64,000 bases of DNA, taken from a virus (lineage: Duplodnaviria > Caudoviricetes). The notes beneath the pieces are model-generated. The model ran no database searches. It was not told the DNA's origin and worked only from the letters and a program-made list of their open reading frames with translations. The translations under genes were made by a program, and so were the position numbers. Shown here piece by piece: positions 9,801 through 19,731 of the stretch (its first letter is position 1; the number at the start of each line of letters is the position of its first letter). The stretch is taken from IMG/VR virus record IMGVR_UViG_3300028175_000001; one strand, 5' to 3'.

Positions 9801-12800
9801 ATCTTTATTAAAAACATCCCCGACACTATGTCCCGCAAATGGGTCTACAAGAATTCCATTTTTAAACCGATCATTATTATTAGAATCAGTAATGATTAAT
9901 CCGTCTGCTTCTTTTTCCAATAAGCTAAGAGAAACATAATATTCGAGATTTTCAATTCTTCTTTCGAGCTTACCGACATCTCTCATCGTAAATCTCTTAT
10001 TTTCAACATAATTTAATTTTACATCTTCTGCATTAAAAGTATATGCTGGTATTTCAAGATTATACAGTGTCATTGAATCTTCATTATCAGGAGGCAATTG
10101 CGAAAATTTATCAGAAACTCCTTCAATAACATCGAATGTTTTATCTCTATTTAATACAATTTTATCTTTTCTTGAAATATAATATTCATAATCTGCATTA
10201 AATGTATAATCATAATCAGGCATTGCTTTTTCATTAAATACATTAGATGTTGCTGTAATATCATTGATTTGCGAACTAGTTCCATCAGATGTTTCATATC
10301 CTATTCGTTTAGGCCTAAAATCGATCATATCTCGTAGTTCAACTTTTGTCCCAGTCGTTGGACTCGTATATGAAGGAATATTATCATATAGCGTATTGCC
10401 AGAACCAGCATACATATAAGAATCAACAGTAAAGGGACCATAACCTGTGTGATTATAATAATCAACGATTGCTATTACTTGACCACTTGGTTTTTGTTCT
10501 CCGGTTTTTAACGTTATGGTTCCATAATCATAATAATTGTCTTTTTGACCATTATCAAATATAAAGCTACTAGATATATTATGAGCATTTGCAGTATTAG
10601 ACATAGCCTCAGATATCATAGCATTTGTAACTTCAACATCTTCATCTAACGAAGATACAATTGCGACTAAGTTTTTAATATCAGATATTTTTAAACTGTT
10701 AGTCACACTAGGCTGAGCATTTATCGATGTTCCGAAATAAATTTGACCAGAATCTGCCTGAACGGTATTTGTCGAAGAAGATGTTATATTAGCAACTGTA
10801 ACATTTCCTGATACTAGGGTTTTTGTACCAATACCATCATTTGATCTTGTTGCTCCTGCTCCTTTAAACATCATTGTAGCATAAACATATATATTTTTGT
10901 TTGAATAGTTTGACGAACCTGCTCCACCATCCACATTCATGATCAATTGATCTCCAGTCTCGTTTAAGGTCATCGATCTATTGGTTCCCACCGAAGTACC
11001 TGAAGCATTACTAAATTCAATATAATCACCTTCTTTGTTTCCAAGGCTGGCTTCAGTACAAAAAACCAAATAATTTGAATCTATAATAGATGGAGAAATT
11101 GCTCCTGCACCAGTTGCAGGATAAAACAGTTCTCCTGGTTCTGAAGCCGTTAGAGTTACAGTATTACCCGTGAGGGTCGTTGTAAATGATCTTTTTAATT
11201 TATAACTAGCCTTTGACAAGCCTGCAAGTGTTTTATTTTGAAAAGGAAATACTAATGATCTTTGGTCTTCATTATTATCAAATAGAACAGTGTTTCCCGT
11301 TTCAGTTATATCATTTTTACCACTAATATCAATATTCATAGCATTATCAATAACTGTTGGTGTACCAGCCGTTGTTGTCACAATAGAACTAATATCTTTA
11401 ACACCAAAATTTAAAGAATAAGTTGTAGTAGCTTGAGTTGGTTGGGTCAATTCACTATTTAAAACGGCAGTATATGCAGTCGCCGGAGTTAAAGTTGTGC
11501 TAGCCCCAGTCCAAACAATAATCTCTCTAGTATCAGAAGTATTAACCCCCAAATAAGCAGTATTAACCGTTATTGTTGATCCAAACAAACAATTCACTGT
11601 AGGATAAGAAAATGCACCAGTCGTTGGTAATTTAATTTGAAAAGTATTTGCATCAGCGGCGCTTACAGTACCCTCAGTTTTATTAAATATAAAATCAAAT
11701 AAATGAGCATCGTATATTGCAGGATATTTTATATGATAAGTACCGTTTGCATCAGCACCGTACCCATATTCTGAGGTTACAGTAGACGATCTTCCTGATT
11801 TAAAATCAAGTTGTCTTAATCTTACTGTTCCTATTTTTGTATTTGCTACCGATGCGGCTGTAGTAGTATCAATACCTACGTATTTGAATGCTCCATTAGA
11901 TATAAAAGAAATGCCATTTGATGTTACTGTTCCATGAAGTTGAGTTGTTGAAGGCCACTTAACTAAATGTAAATCCATTAAGTCGGCCCCAGTACCCCCA
12001 GACATTGAGTTAATAGATGCAGAATTTACACCTAAAGTAAAAGCAGTATTGGAGATAACATCTGTTACAACTGCATATGGCCCAAATTCAATCCCCTGTT
12101 TCTCTGCTGAAACTGTTTCTGTATCTCTGGCTTTATTTAAATTCACATATGTAGGGAATAAAGTTTCATGTTCAAATCCTTTAATATATGCTTTTCCTGG
12201 ACTTAATTCCGCGGTTATTTTTGAAGAAACACCAATTCGTTGATTGATTCCCCCATCACCTAAAACCGTTCCAGTTGTTAATGTAAGAGACGTAGTATTT
12301 CCTATAGCGGCAACTTCTGCGGTTTTTCCAGTATTACCAGAAAAGAATATAGTATCGCCGACATTTACATCTGCTATAAAATTTGAACCATTAGCCGTAA
12401 TAATCGAACTTGCATTTGTTGATGTTCTGTCACTTGCTGTTCCTCCGATTTTATGATCAATAACATCAAGTACAAATGGTTTAACCGTAAAATCACCAGA
12501 AGCATCAAATGTTCTTCTTGCTAAAACCTTTTCAAGATTTCCCATTATGGGAAATTTTATTTCTTCTATTTTTTCACCATTTTCTAATCTTAATAGTTCA
12601 ATAAAATTAATATCCGAACTTCTAGCAATGGGATCAATCACACCTGTTATATATACAGGAGTTCCAGTAGCAGGGGTTGATGGACTACCCTGTATCAAAT
12701 AAGAAAATTCTGTAGTAGATCCGATTGCTGAAATTGTGTGTTTTCCATTATATTCTAATTCAGATATACCTGACACAACTACAACATCACCAATAGATAA

Positions 12801-13676
12801 ATTATGATCAGTCGTTGTTGATATACTTACTATCCCCGATCTATTATCTTTTGTGTTAATGGCAAACGTAACACCGGACGAATTTATTGTCTTACCCGAT
12901 TCGAAATACTCTTTTGTTGATAACACCAGTTCAATTTTGTATCTATTTGCCCCAGGTGCAGTATAATTAGGAGTCCCTATCGCATTATCTAAAAGCGAGG
13001 AATCTTCAATACTGGAAATGATATTTTCTACAATCGTTAATCCTATTCTTATGGAAGGATTGTCATTTTCAATATCTAAAATGAGATTTTGAAAAGGAGT
13101 TCGTACAAAATAACCACCAATATAAAATAATCCCTCATTAATACTAATAACAGAACCCGCACCAGAAGCCAGAGATGTAATATCTGTCGATTCATCCAAT
13201 CCATCAGCACTTCCGGCCACAGTCGCAAAAAAGACTGTTCCTGCATCAACTGTAGAAATCGTTTCATTGTCTAAAAATGCAATATTGTCAACATAATTTA
13301 TCATTAAAACGTCTAAATTGTCAGTCGAAAACTGTTTACTGGTTACGACTTCTGCTTTTGCACCAGATGTTTGACCTTGAATAATTCTACCGTTAAAATT
13401 AGAGGATATAATAGCAACACCAGAATATAATGGAGTCAATTTTAAAGAATTGATTTTATTATTTAAAATTAACTCTGCGCCCAAAATTTTAGAACCATCT
13501 TGATAGATACTATCTCCTACTTTCTCTAATTGAGTTTGCAGAATAGACTGTATCTGATTTAATTCTCTCGCCTGTACAGAATAGCCAGGCCGATATAGTA
13601 TTTTATGAAAATTAGTTGATTCATCAAAATCATCATAATAAGGTGATATGTTAAAATCTTGTGTTAATTTAGGCAT
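6813..13676 (-). CDS. Giant baseplate-associated structural protein (DUF4815 / VrlC-like)
   Basis: N-terminus SPYYDDFD...KILYRPGYSVQARELNQIQSILQ; LERRIENLEYYVSLSLLE, RFKNGILVDPF; C-terminal YISRRVTL...FAIKLVM...LRAIAL. Confidence 0.85.
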   Translation of the reverse strand: MPKLTQDFNISPYYDDFDESTNFHKILYRPGYSVQARELNQIQSILQTQLEKVGDSIYQDGSKILGAELILNNKINSLKLTPLYSGVAIISSNFNGRIIQGQTSGAKAEVVTSKQFSTDNLDVLMINYVDNIAFLDNETISTVDAGTVFFATVAGSADGLDESTDITSLASGAGSVISINEGLFYIGGYFVRTPFQNLILDIENDNPSIRIGLTIVENIISSIEDSSLLDNAIGTPNYTAPGANRYKIELVLSTKEYFESGKTINSSGVTFAINTKDNRSGIVSISTTTDHNLSIGDVVVVSGISELEYNGKHTISAIGSTTEFSYLIQGSPSTPATGTPVYITGVIDPIARSSDINFIELLRLENGEKIEEIKFPIMGNLEKVLARRTFDASGDFTVKPFVLDVIDHKIGGTASDRTSTNASSIITANGSNFIADVNVGDTIFFSGNTGKTAEVAAIGNTTSLTLTTGTVLGDGGINQRIGVSSKITAELSPGKAYIKGFEHETLFPTYVNLNKARDTETVSAEKQGIEFGPYAVVTDVISNTAFTLGVNSASINSMSGGTGADLMDLHLVKWPSTTQLHGTVTSNGISFISNGAFKYVGIDTTTAASVANTKIGTVRLRQLDFKSGRSSTVTSEYGYGADANGTYHIKYPAIYDAHLFDFIFNKTEGTVSAADANTFQIKLPTTGAFSYPTVNCLFGSTITVNTAYLGVNTSDTREIIVWTGASTTLTPATAYTAVLNSELTQPTQATTTYSLNFGVKDISSIVTTTAGTPTVIDNAMNIDISGKNDITETGNTVLFDNNEDQRSLVFPFQNKTLAGLSKASYKLKRSFTTTLTGNTVTLTASEPGELFYPATGAGAISPSIIDSNYLVFCTEASLGNKEGDYIEFSNASGTSVGTNRSMTLNETGDQLIMNVDGGAGSSNYSNKNIYVYATMMFKGAGATRSNDGIGTKTLVSGNVTVANITSSSTNTVQADSGQIYFGTSINAQPSVTNSLKISDIKNLVAIVSSLDEDVEVTNAMISEAMSNTANAHNISSSFIFDNGQKDNYYDYGTITLKTGEQKPSGQVIAIVDYYNHTGYGPFTVDSYMYAGSGNTLYDNIPSYTSPTTGTKVELRDMIDFRPKRIGYETSDGTSSQINDITATSNVFNEKAMPDYDYTFNADYEYYISRKDKIVLNRDKTFDVIEGVSDKFSQLPPDNEDSMTLYNLEIPAYTFNAEDVKLNYVENKRFTMRDVGKLERRIENLEYYVSLSLLEKEADGLIITDSNNNDRFKNGILVDPFAGHSVGDVFNKDYSMSIDYDKRQLRPSFSSDLYPLNFNANSEGGTAFSTLVNNSGILTLPFSSNTFIQMPLTGTNDGKNVQKTFQINPFSVQNYIGQMKLDPYGDVWYDQSSLVQVKVNVEGQYDNWTSSELTYNGHGTHWNDWEEIWSGTQINNNVKEGIRDTGDVRNNDRRAKTTDQTKTLTGLSTGSVPEKIIKSIGNKTVNLSIVPKVREQSITFIAKGLKPNKNVYAYFADSNMSANVKQASIVSLSNVSSSNVFRTTSGNFEQVTIQGSGVNASNTAKIIYMSDRNNQNNCTVLLTDMSAQTSFTIGTVIQGDRTQANGSISAISHYNFEDSQLTVSSEGVVGGVFNVPSGKFAGSQNLFRLTDDPDNIPAITTSVAEEIFHSAGVIDAKTDLGIVSPRPLISRRENIKEERITRSTSDGRQSTSTDYMNPMSQSFFIDKNQYSTGVFLDSVTLFFSGKDASQGIKSPVSLQIRPMINGMPSTSLIIPGSEVVLSPGRITANTNTPIANTSGGFPDGFLGNSYTANRSNTDRGTRTMFKFDHPIFLAPDEYSICVQTNSSAYKLYGFEYGAYHTGTSKKITKQPYVGSFFNPSNVGVWEELPDQGLMFQLNRCEFTSANAYARLDNFDVSSGNTSSNTTIDTFKLSTEITSFANTYTSFNYHATDLAGITKNVGVHFKENKNVDFKKQKQITYPQVANSSFTINVYFESANTLLSPILDETRTGVITIENLINNGSLSNSDIVVSDFGTGYYTAEVGSITSNVSSEGNTSVFVVSAPDIGSNTATIAANVHANGIINQVTVKHGGSGYISTPTITNWDINGTSSISDNVRRTTTAVVDIVGEGANNSVNIQPANVVSFSSGGNLKARYISRRVTLEEGFDAMDLKVYMDAYKPRGSNIYVYYKVLSGDDSESFDEKPWFLMEQKTASATYSLNENDFKRFEFKTIDEKIAYISATGGKYEKFRTFAIKLVMTLDRVAQDTFIGIPKLINLRAIALDSEGAP

Positions 13677-13679
13677 TCG

Positions 13680-15461
13680 TTAAAACTCCAATACAATCTT
13701 AAAATCTTCTACTTGATTTTGTAGTCTAGTAATTTTAGCTCTATTTTCAATATAAAGCACATCTCCACTATATAATTTCATTTCGGGTTGAATGACACCA
13801 TCTGCTGAAATGGTTCCTGTTGAACTTGTGTTTGCACCAGTCACAACATTGCTGTCTTCAAAACTGCCCTTTACTTCATTTATTCTTAGTGTTGTAGTAT
13901 TTAGAAAATCAACAACAACACCATTAGCTGTACTAGTTGCTAAAGTCGATCCCGTATAAACTTTTTCGTTTGGTTGAAAATCACCCGCAACGCTTCCTAA
14001 AAATAAAGTGGTAGATTGATCAGATAATGAATCTGTAAAAAACGCAAGAGTATTTGCAGTTTGTAGGGGGTCTCTCAATAAACCAACTTGTCTATAATCA
14101 TTAGATGTTGTAAATCTCCCCGATTCATTACCGGAAATGCGAGTATCAATCAAAATTCTATTTCCACCTAATTCTTCAATAGCATTTATTCCATGTCCAC
14201 CAATTGGTCCAATAATAACTGTGGCATTTGCCCCTGCTCCATGACTCGAATTAGCATAAATAGTTGCTTCCGCTACTGTATAATTTAATCCTGATTGAGT
14301 AACAACTATTTCAGTTACACCCAGTAACTCAGTTCCTCTCGCTCTCCCTTTAAACAATGATCCATCCCCATTTAATGTAATAGACGGAGTTACTTCATAA
14401 CCGGAAACAGTATTTGGTGTAACACTAAAAGCAGGTGAAACAGTTATTCTCTGAAGCAAGGCATCATACTGAGTGATAGTAGTTTGTTCACCCTGTCCCG
14501 CATTATTTACTATAAAAATTGTTGAATTTACATATAGATCATTTAGTGTATTATTTGCACCCGATGATAATTGCATTACGGTGGAATTAGTTACACTTGC
14601 AAAAAATCCAGTATCAAATTTATATGTTGATGCGGGCTCGACAGAAATTGTTGCTCTAGAATTAGAAGATTCCCCTAACACAATTTCACCAACAGTAAAT
14701 TTCGTGTTTCCTGCACTAATATCATAAATTAAACTATTTGCCGCTGAAACAAAACTGATAAGAGATCCATATTGATTGGATGTTTGACCATGCAACACTT
14801 CACCAATAATAAAATCTTGATCATCACCAGCTGAATTTATAGGACCAGCAGTAAATTCAGCGTTAAAATAACCATTCGCAGTTTTATTAATAATATCTAT
14901 TTGCCCATCAACAGTAGCATCTTCGATTGCGGATTGTCTAGCATCTATACTTTTTTGTACAGGAATATAATCAGCCGTTACAAATTTTAAAGTATCCTGA
15001 GACGTAACTGTATACATGTATTTCCACTTATACCCATCGGCAATTTCAATAACCGCTGTACCAGTACCAGTTGGTTGAATTGTTGAAGTACCATTTGATA
15101 AATTATTTTGTAAACACTTATATACATTTAAGTCTTCTGTGACAACATAAAAATTATTTGATAATTGGTCTGGATTTGTATGAGTATAAGCAGTATATGA
15201 AGTATTTGATTCCCAATTTATCCTTGCAATAACATGTTTAACATCTGCAGGAGTAACCTTTTTTGCGGCAATCATCTGATCCCAATAACTATATAAAGTG
15301 TTCGCTACAGCTTCATTAGGTGCAGGTGGATTGGTTTCATCATCCCACTCCTGAACTTTTCCTATAAACAAATATAAATTTGTTGCTGAAGTTTCACTAA
15401 GAGACTCAATAAATTGCTCTGCGTTGTGTATTTTAAATTTTGTCGTTACTAGTCTAGCCAT
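13680..15461 (-). CDS. gp8: Baseplate wedge subunit
   Basis: FYVVTEDLNVYKCLQN, DGYKWKYMYTV, GGHGINAIEELGG, DYRQVGLLRDP, YSGDVLYIENR. Confidence 0.9.
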   Translation of the reverse strand: MARLVTTKFKIHNAEQFIESLSETSATNLYLFIGKVQEWDDETNPPAPNEAVANTLYSYWDQMIAAKKVTPADVKHVIARINWESNTSYTAYTHTNPDQLSNNFYVVTEDLNVYKCLQNNLSNGTSTIQPTGTGTAVIEIADGYKWKYMYTVTSQDTLKFVTADYIPVQKSIDARQSAIEDATVDGQIDIINKTANGYFNAEFTAGPINSAGDDQDFIIGEVLHGQTSNQYGSLISFVSAANSLIYDISAGNTKFTVGEIVLGESSNSRATISVEPASTYKFDTGFFASVTNSTVMQLSSGANNTLNDLYVNSTIFIVNNAGQGEQTTITQYDALLQRITVSPAFSVTPNTVSGYEVTPSITLNGDGSLFKGRARGTELLGVTEIVVTQSGLNYTVAEATIYANSSHGAGANATVIIGPIGGHGINAIEELGGNRILIDTRISGNESGRFTTSNDYRQVGLLRDPLQTANTLAFFTDSLSDQSTTLFLGSVAGDFQPNEKVYTGSTLATSTANGVVVDFLNTTTLRINEVKGSFEDSNVVTGANTSSTGTISADGVIQPEMKLYSGDVLYIENRAKITRLQNQVEDFKIVLEF

Positions 15462-15466
15462 ATATG

Positions 15467-15474
15467 TATTTATA
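15467..15474 (-). promoter_or_regulatory. T4-type late promoter TATAAATA
   Basis: Exact consensus on the - strand, 5 nt before the gp8 ATG (15461). Confidence 0.75.
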
Positions 15475-15488
15475 TCAATAAAAAGTTT

Positions 15489-18400
15489 TTATGCTTGTAT
15501 AAATTTAGATGTTTGATTATTAAATGTTGATAGTATTTCAAATTTAAAACTACCCTCGTTTGAGGTGTTTCCAGAGTATCCCGCATTAGCAGTACCAATT
15601 CCATCTTCAAGAAGCATCAGTCCCGTAGAACTTGAATTAATAGACAAATTCATGAAATTATTTGAACCATCATAAGGATTCGATAAAGATATTGTACCTT
15701 CGTTTCTTTCTAGATCAAAATTTCTTAAAGTATGTAAGGTTACAGTTTGGTCAGTTGTTCCATCACCTATTGCTCTATTTAAAGTTAAAGTTTGATCCGT
15801 TATTGATAAAATTTTTGCTTTAAATAACTCATCAGAAGACACTGTAATAATATCATTTACCAATAAATCTTCACCAAAAACAGAATTTTGTCCTTCTAAA
15901 TTAGTATTTCCTGATAAAATACCATTCGTATTGGTTGTCCCTCTTACTGTAGATTCAAGCAAATTATAATGCAGTATATCATCATTATCGAATTTAGTAG
16001 ACGTAGGATCGATATTATTTAAAACAAACTTATCACTATTTTCTGTAATAAAAAATTCACTTGATTCAGACATAAAATTAAAAGAAATATCCGTACTTAT
16101 TGCAGTATTTCCCACTAAACATGTAGAATTAATTATTTCAATTACTTCTGCAAGTTGCAAAGTTGATGATGGTTTAATCCTATCATTTATTCTAAAATCT
16201 GCCTGAAAATCTGTCGATATACCAAAAATCACATTTGATTTAATATATTGAAATGATGCAGTTGTAATTAGATCAGCATTTCGATATATACTATCTTCTA
16301 ATGCAATAATTGATACTCCATCTTCTTCCAATACAAGATCGCCTATCAAATCAGCAGAAGTTCCTTCTAAAATCATATTATATGTTGTTATATCAAGTAA
16401 TGAAGTATTACCAACTGTAGAATTTGCGTTGCTTGAAATGTCAAATTGACCATTACAAGAATGTAAAATTAATATATTATTATTTGATGCATCTAATTCA
16501 TGTTTAAGCACAATCCCTGTTACCAATTCATTCGATGCGGCTCTTACTTGTGTAACTATACTATTTGATATAAAATTAGCACTAGCATTAAAATCATTTG
16601 GTATCGTTGTAGTTTGGGGATAAGTTGCACCCATTCCTATAATAGAAATAACATTTGTTGATGATGATGATATTGTTCCTGCTAAATAATTTTCTAATCT
16701 TAATTCTCCATAAGAAATTTCAAAAGATTGTTCATTGTCAATAATTACTTGGTCTCCCTCAGCATAGGTTAGTCCGAAATCAGTAGCTATTGGATTATTA
16801 AATGCTAATTTTACACTATCTTCTAATATAAGAATTCCTCCAGAATCTAGAGTCATATAAGCATTTACTGTTCCTTGTAATATATTAGATCCACCCGTTA
16901 AAGAAATTAATCCTAAAGATAAATTTTGATTATTATTAAATATAATTTCATGTTTTGGATCGGAAGATTCTTCTAACAAAATATCATCATCATCTTCTTT
17001 TATCGCAAAATCTCCGCCTTCATATTTTAATTTATTATCAAAACCAACATTCAGTTCAACGAGTTCTGGTGTAAATTCTCCAAAAAGTTTTGTTCCCGTA
17101 GGATGTAATAATTTAAAAATTATTTCTTGATAGTCGTTGAGTTGTTTATTTACAATTAAAGAATAAGAATAGTCTTGATAAAAATCACTATCAATGAGTT
17201 TTTTATTAGAACTTAATTGCCCATTTTCATCAAGATATATTCCCTCTTCTTTTCTCTGCGCACCAATTCTTGCAGTTAAAACCGCATTTTCTTCACCAAG
17301 ACCAGGCAATGATACTTGAGGAGAAGATGTAAACCCAATTCCAGGATCTTGAATTATTATTGATTTAATAGAACCGCTACCAACATCAGCGGCAGAAACA
17401 CCAATAATTGCATTATTTCCTAAATCTCCCCCGGAAGAAAAAGCAACACCTGTATTTACAGTTGCAACCGCTCCCGATTTGGAACCAGTAATAATGTCAT
17501 TTGAAGCAAAATCAACAGAAGAAAAAGCATATTCATCATCAACACTATGACCAAAAGGCAATGTAAATTTTACAGAAATATTTTCATCATATGTAATAGT
17601 TCCGGTTGCAGGAGTTACTGGAGAACCGTTTACAGTATACGTAAAAACAGTTGTATTTGCTAGTGCAATTGTTGCGTTCTTATTATATTCTAATTGATCT
17701 GCTCCTTTAATAGCAACTATTTGACCATCAACTAAACCATGTTTCCCATATGTGATCACTGTTGCGGTCGTACTGGAACGTGTAATGCTTGTTATACCAA
17801 AATTTAATGTCTGATAACCACCCGTTATTTCTATTCCGCCTGATGAAGGATACCAATCACATGTTAAATTATTGTTAGCACTATTAAACAATTCTCTAGA
17901 ATCAATACCCCGTCTATATTTTATTGTATTAATAAGGGATGATCCCCCAGAGACAAATCGTAAATGATATACTGATGGCTGTGAAGATGTTAAATAAGAA
18001 GAATTGTTTACAAGTATATCATTTCTTTGATCTGCAGGAATCTTTCGAGTTACTAGTTCATCTAGAAATTTTATAGTCTTTACTCTCATCCTAGAAGGAT
18101 CGGCAATACTAGATTGAGAAGTAACTTCGCCAAAAAATGTACCTATTTTATTTCCACTGTTTGAAGTAATTTTTTCTCCAGGAACAAAAAAATCTGTAAT
18201 TGCAGTTGTTAAACTATGGTCATCAGGATCGGCATTTAAATTTAAAATTTGAACAGCCGCTTCTGTAAATTCTTCAGTGGTGGGCTCTACAATTGATATC
18301 GCAGGAATAGCCTCATACCCGGTACCTGATCCGGTTGTTTGTATACTAGAAATGTGTCCCGCATCTAGTTTAGAAAAACCCAACGCATCAATCAATTTAT

Positions 18401-19730
18401 CACTTATATTTGATCCAGTATTTCCACTCAATTCATATTCAGGATCATTTAAAAAAACTGATGAAAAATTTCCTATTATGTCTTCATTTTTCGAAAATGT
18501 AAAAGTATCAATGATATCTTTAACTTTACCATCAAAACCACTTCCCAATGTAGCAAAATTATTTACAGTCAACGTTTTATTTTCAACATATCCGTCTCCA
18601 CCATCAAACACAGTAAAATGAGTTAATGAACCAGCACCAATAGTTGATATTTTTGCTTTTGCTTCAACGCCCCCTCCACCAGTGATTGTGAGTTTTTGGC
18701 CTATTTTATAGTTCGATCCTGCTGAAGAAATGATAATTTCAGTTATTAATCCTTGTGATACACCTGTACCATACACTCCATCAACATCATTTGAAATAAT
18801 TTCTTCGCCTACAATAAATGTTCCACTTTGGTCGGTTAAAAACAATTCCATTACATCAAAAACACCAGCCGCAAATTTCAAAACACGATTTACAATTCCA
18901 AATGCACCAGATCGACTTCCTGTAATAGAATGGCTTTCAAATGATGATACGGGATCTGAAGTAATAATTCTAATAGATTGATCTTGTTGCCAATTACCAG
19001 AAGAAGGCTTAAGTATGTCTATTTTTGGGGTATAAAAAGTAAGAGCTTGTGTATCATATAAAGACTTAAATAAAAAATCGTATGAAGCACTTGTTCCTTT
19101 TGATCTGTAAACATTAGATATATGTTTTATTAAACGAGATTTATCTGCACGTAGCTTCATGGGAAAGTTTACTAAAAATTCTTTAGTAAAATTATCCAAC
19201 ATAGATGATGTAACACTATCGATATCTCTTGATTTTAATAATGTTCTTGATGCGAAAAGGGGATTTTTTTCAAAACTAATTACAGTACCAATTGTGCGAT
19301 TATTCGATCCTTTTATTATTTCGCCTACTTCAAAATCTAATTTTGTTACATTTGTTACATAAATTTTACTTGACGCCGTATTAGTGTTTCTATCAACCCT
19401 ACCCGTAGCACCTGAACTTAAACCAGTTATTGTTTCGTTTAAATCATAGGCGCTACTAGAATTTCTATTTCCCTCCAGTAATAAGTCATCAGACGTTTCT
19501 AAAATAAAACTACCTTGTTCAGACTCTAAATTAAAATGATACTCGTCTTGAATCACCATTGAAATAGTTAATTCATGTGATTCCATCCATCTATAATAAA
19601 GTTTTAAAAACTCAGAAAAAATTGGACCTTCTTCTTTAACGAAATCTGGTAATTGAGTATCTATTAAATTAGATATTTTACCCACTAATTTAATATTATC
19701 TTCGTCTTTTAAGAAATCGTATTCTGACAT
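15489..19730 (-). CDS. gp7: Baseplate wedge initiator, expanded with extra modules
   Basis: QLPDFVKEEGPIFSEFLKLYYRWME, YRSKGTSASYDFLFKSLY, DSDFYQDYSYSL...LLHPTGTKLFG; lies between gp6 and gp8. Confidence 0.85.
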   Translation of the reverse strand: MSEYDFLKDEDNIKLVGKISNLIDTQLPDFVKEEGPIFSEFLKLYYRWMESHELTISMVIQDEYHFNLESEQGSFILETSDDLLLEGNRNSSSAYDLNETITGLSSGATGRVDRNTNTASSKIYVTNVTKLDFEVGEIIKGSNNRTIGTVISFEKNPLFASRTLLKSRDIDSVTSSMLDNFTKEFLVNFPMKLRADKSRLIKHISNVYRSKGTSASYDFLFKSLYDTQALTFYTPKIDILKPSSGNWQQDQSIRIITSDPVSSFESHSITGSRSGAFGIVNRVLKFAAGVFDVMELFLTDQSGTFIVGEEIISNDVDGVYGTGVSQGLITEIIISSAGSNYKIGQKLTITGGGGVEAKAKISTIGAGSLTHFTVFDGGDGYVENKTLTVNNFATLGSGFDGKVKDIIDTFTFSKNEDIIGNFSSVFLNDPEYELSGNTGSNISDKLIDALGFSKLDAGHISSIQTTGSGTGYEAIPAISIVEPTTEEFTEAAVQILNLNADPDDHSLTTAITDFFVPGEKITSNSGNKIGTFFGEVTSQSSIADPSRMRVKTIKFLDELVTRKIPADQRNDILVNNSSYLTSSQPSVYHLRFVSGGSSLINTIKYRRGIDSRELFNSANNNLTCDWYPSSGGIEITGGYQTLNFGITSITRSSTTATVITYGKHGLVDGQIVAIKGADQLEYNKNATIALANTTVFTYTVNGSPVTPATGTITYDENISVKFTLPFGHSVDDEYAFSSVDFASNDIITGSKSGAVATVNTGVAFSSGGDLGNNAIIGVSAADVGSGSIKSIIIQDPGIGFTSSPQVSLPGLGEENAVLTARIGAQRKEEGIYLDENGQLSSNKKLIDSDFYQDYSYSLIVNKQLNDYQEIIFKLLHPTGTKLFGEFTPELVELNVGFDNKLKYEGGDFAIKEDDDDILLEESSDPKHEIIFNNNQNLSLGLISLTGGSNILQGTVNAYMTLDSGGILILEDSVKLAFNNPIATDFGLTYAEGDQVIIDNEQSFEISYGELRLENYLAGTISSSSTNVISIIGMGATYPQTTTIPNDFNASANFISNSIVTQVRAASNELVTGIVLKHELDASNNNILILHSCNGQFDISSNANSTVGNTSLLDITTYNMILEGTSADLIGDLVLEEDGVSIIALEDSIYRNADLITTASFQYIKSNVIFGISTDFQADFRINDRIKPSSTLQLAEVIEIINSTCLVGNTAISTDISFNFMSESSEFFITENSDKFVLNNIDPTSTKFDNDDILHYNLLESTVRGTTNTNGILSGNTNLEGQNSVFGEDLLVNDIITVSSDELFKAKILSITDQTLTLNRAIGDGTTDQTVTLHTLRNFDLERNEGTISLSNPYDGSNNFMNLSINSSSTGLMLLEDGIGTANAGYSGNTSNEGSFKFEILSTFNNQTSKFIQA

Positions 19731-19731
19731 A

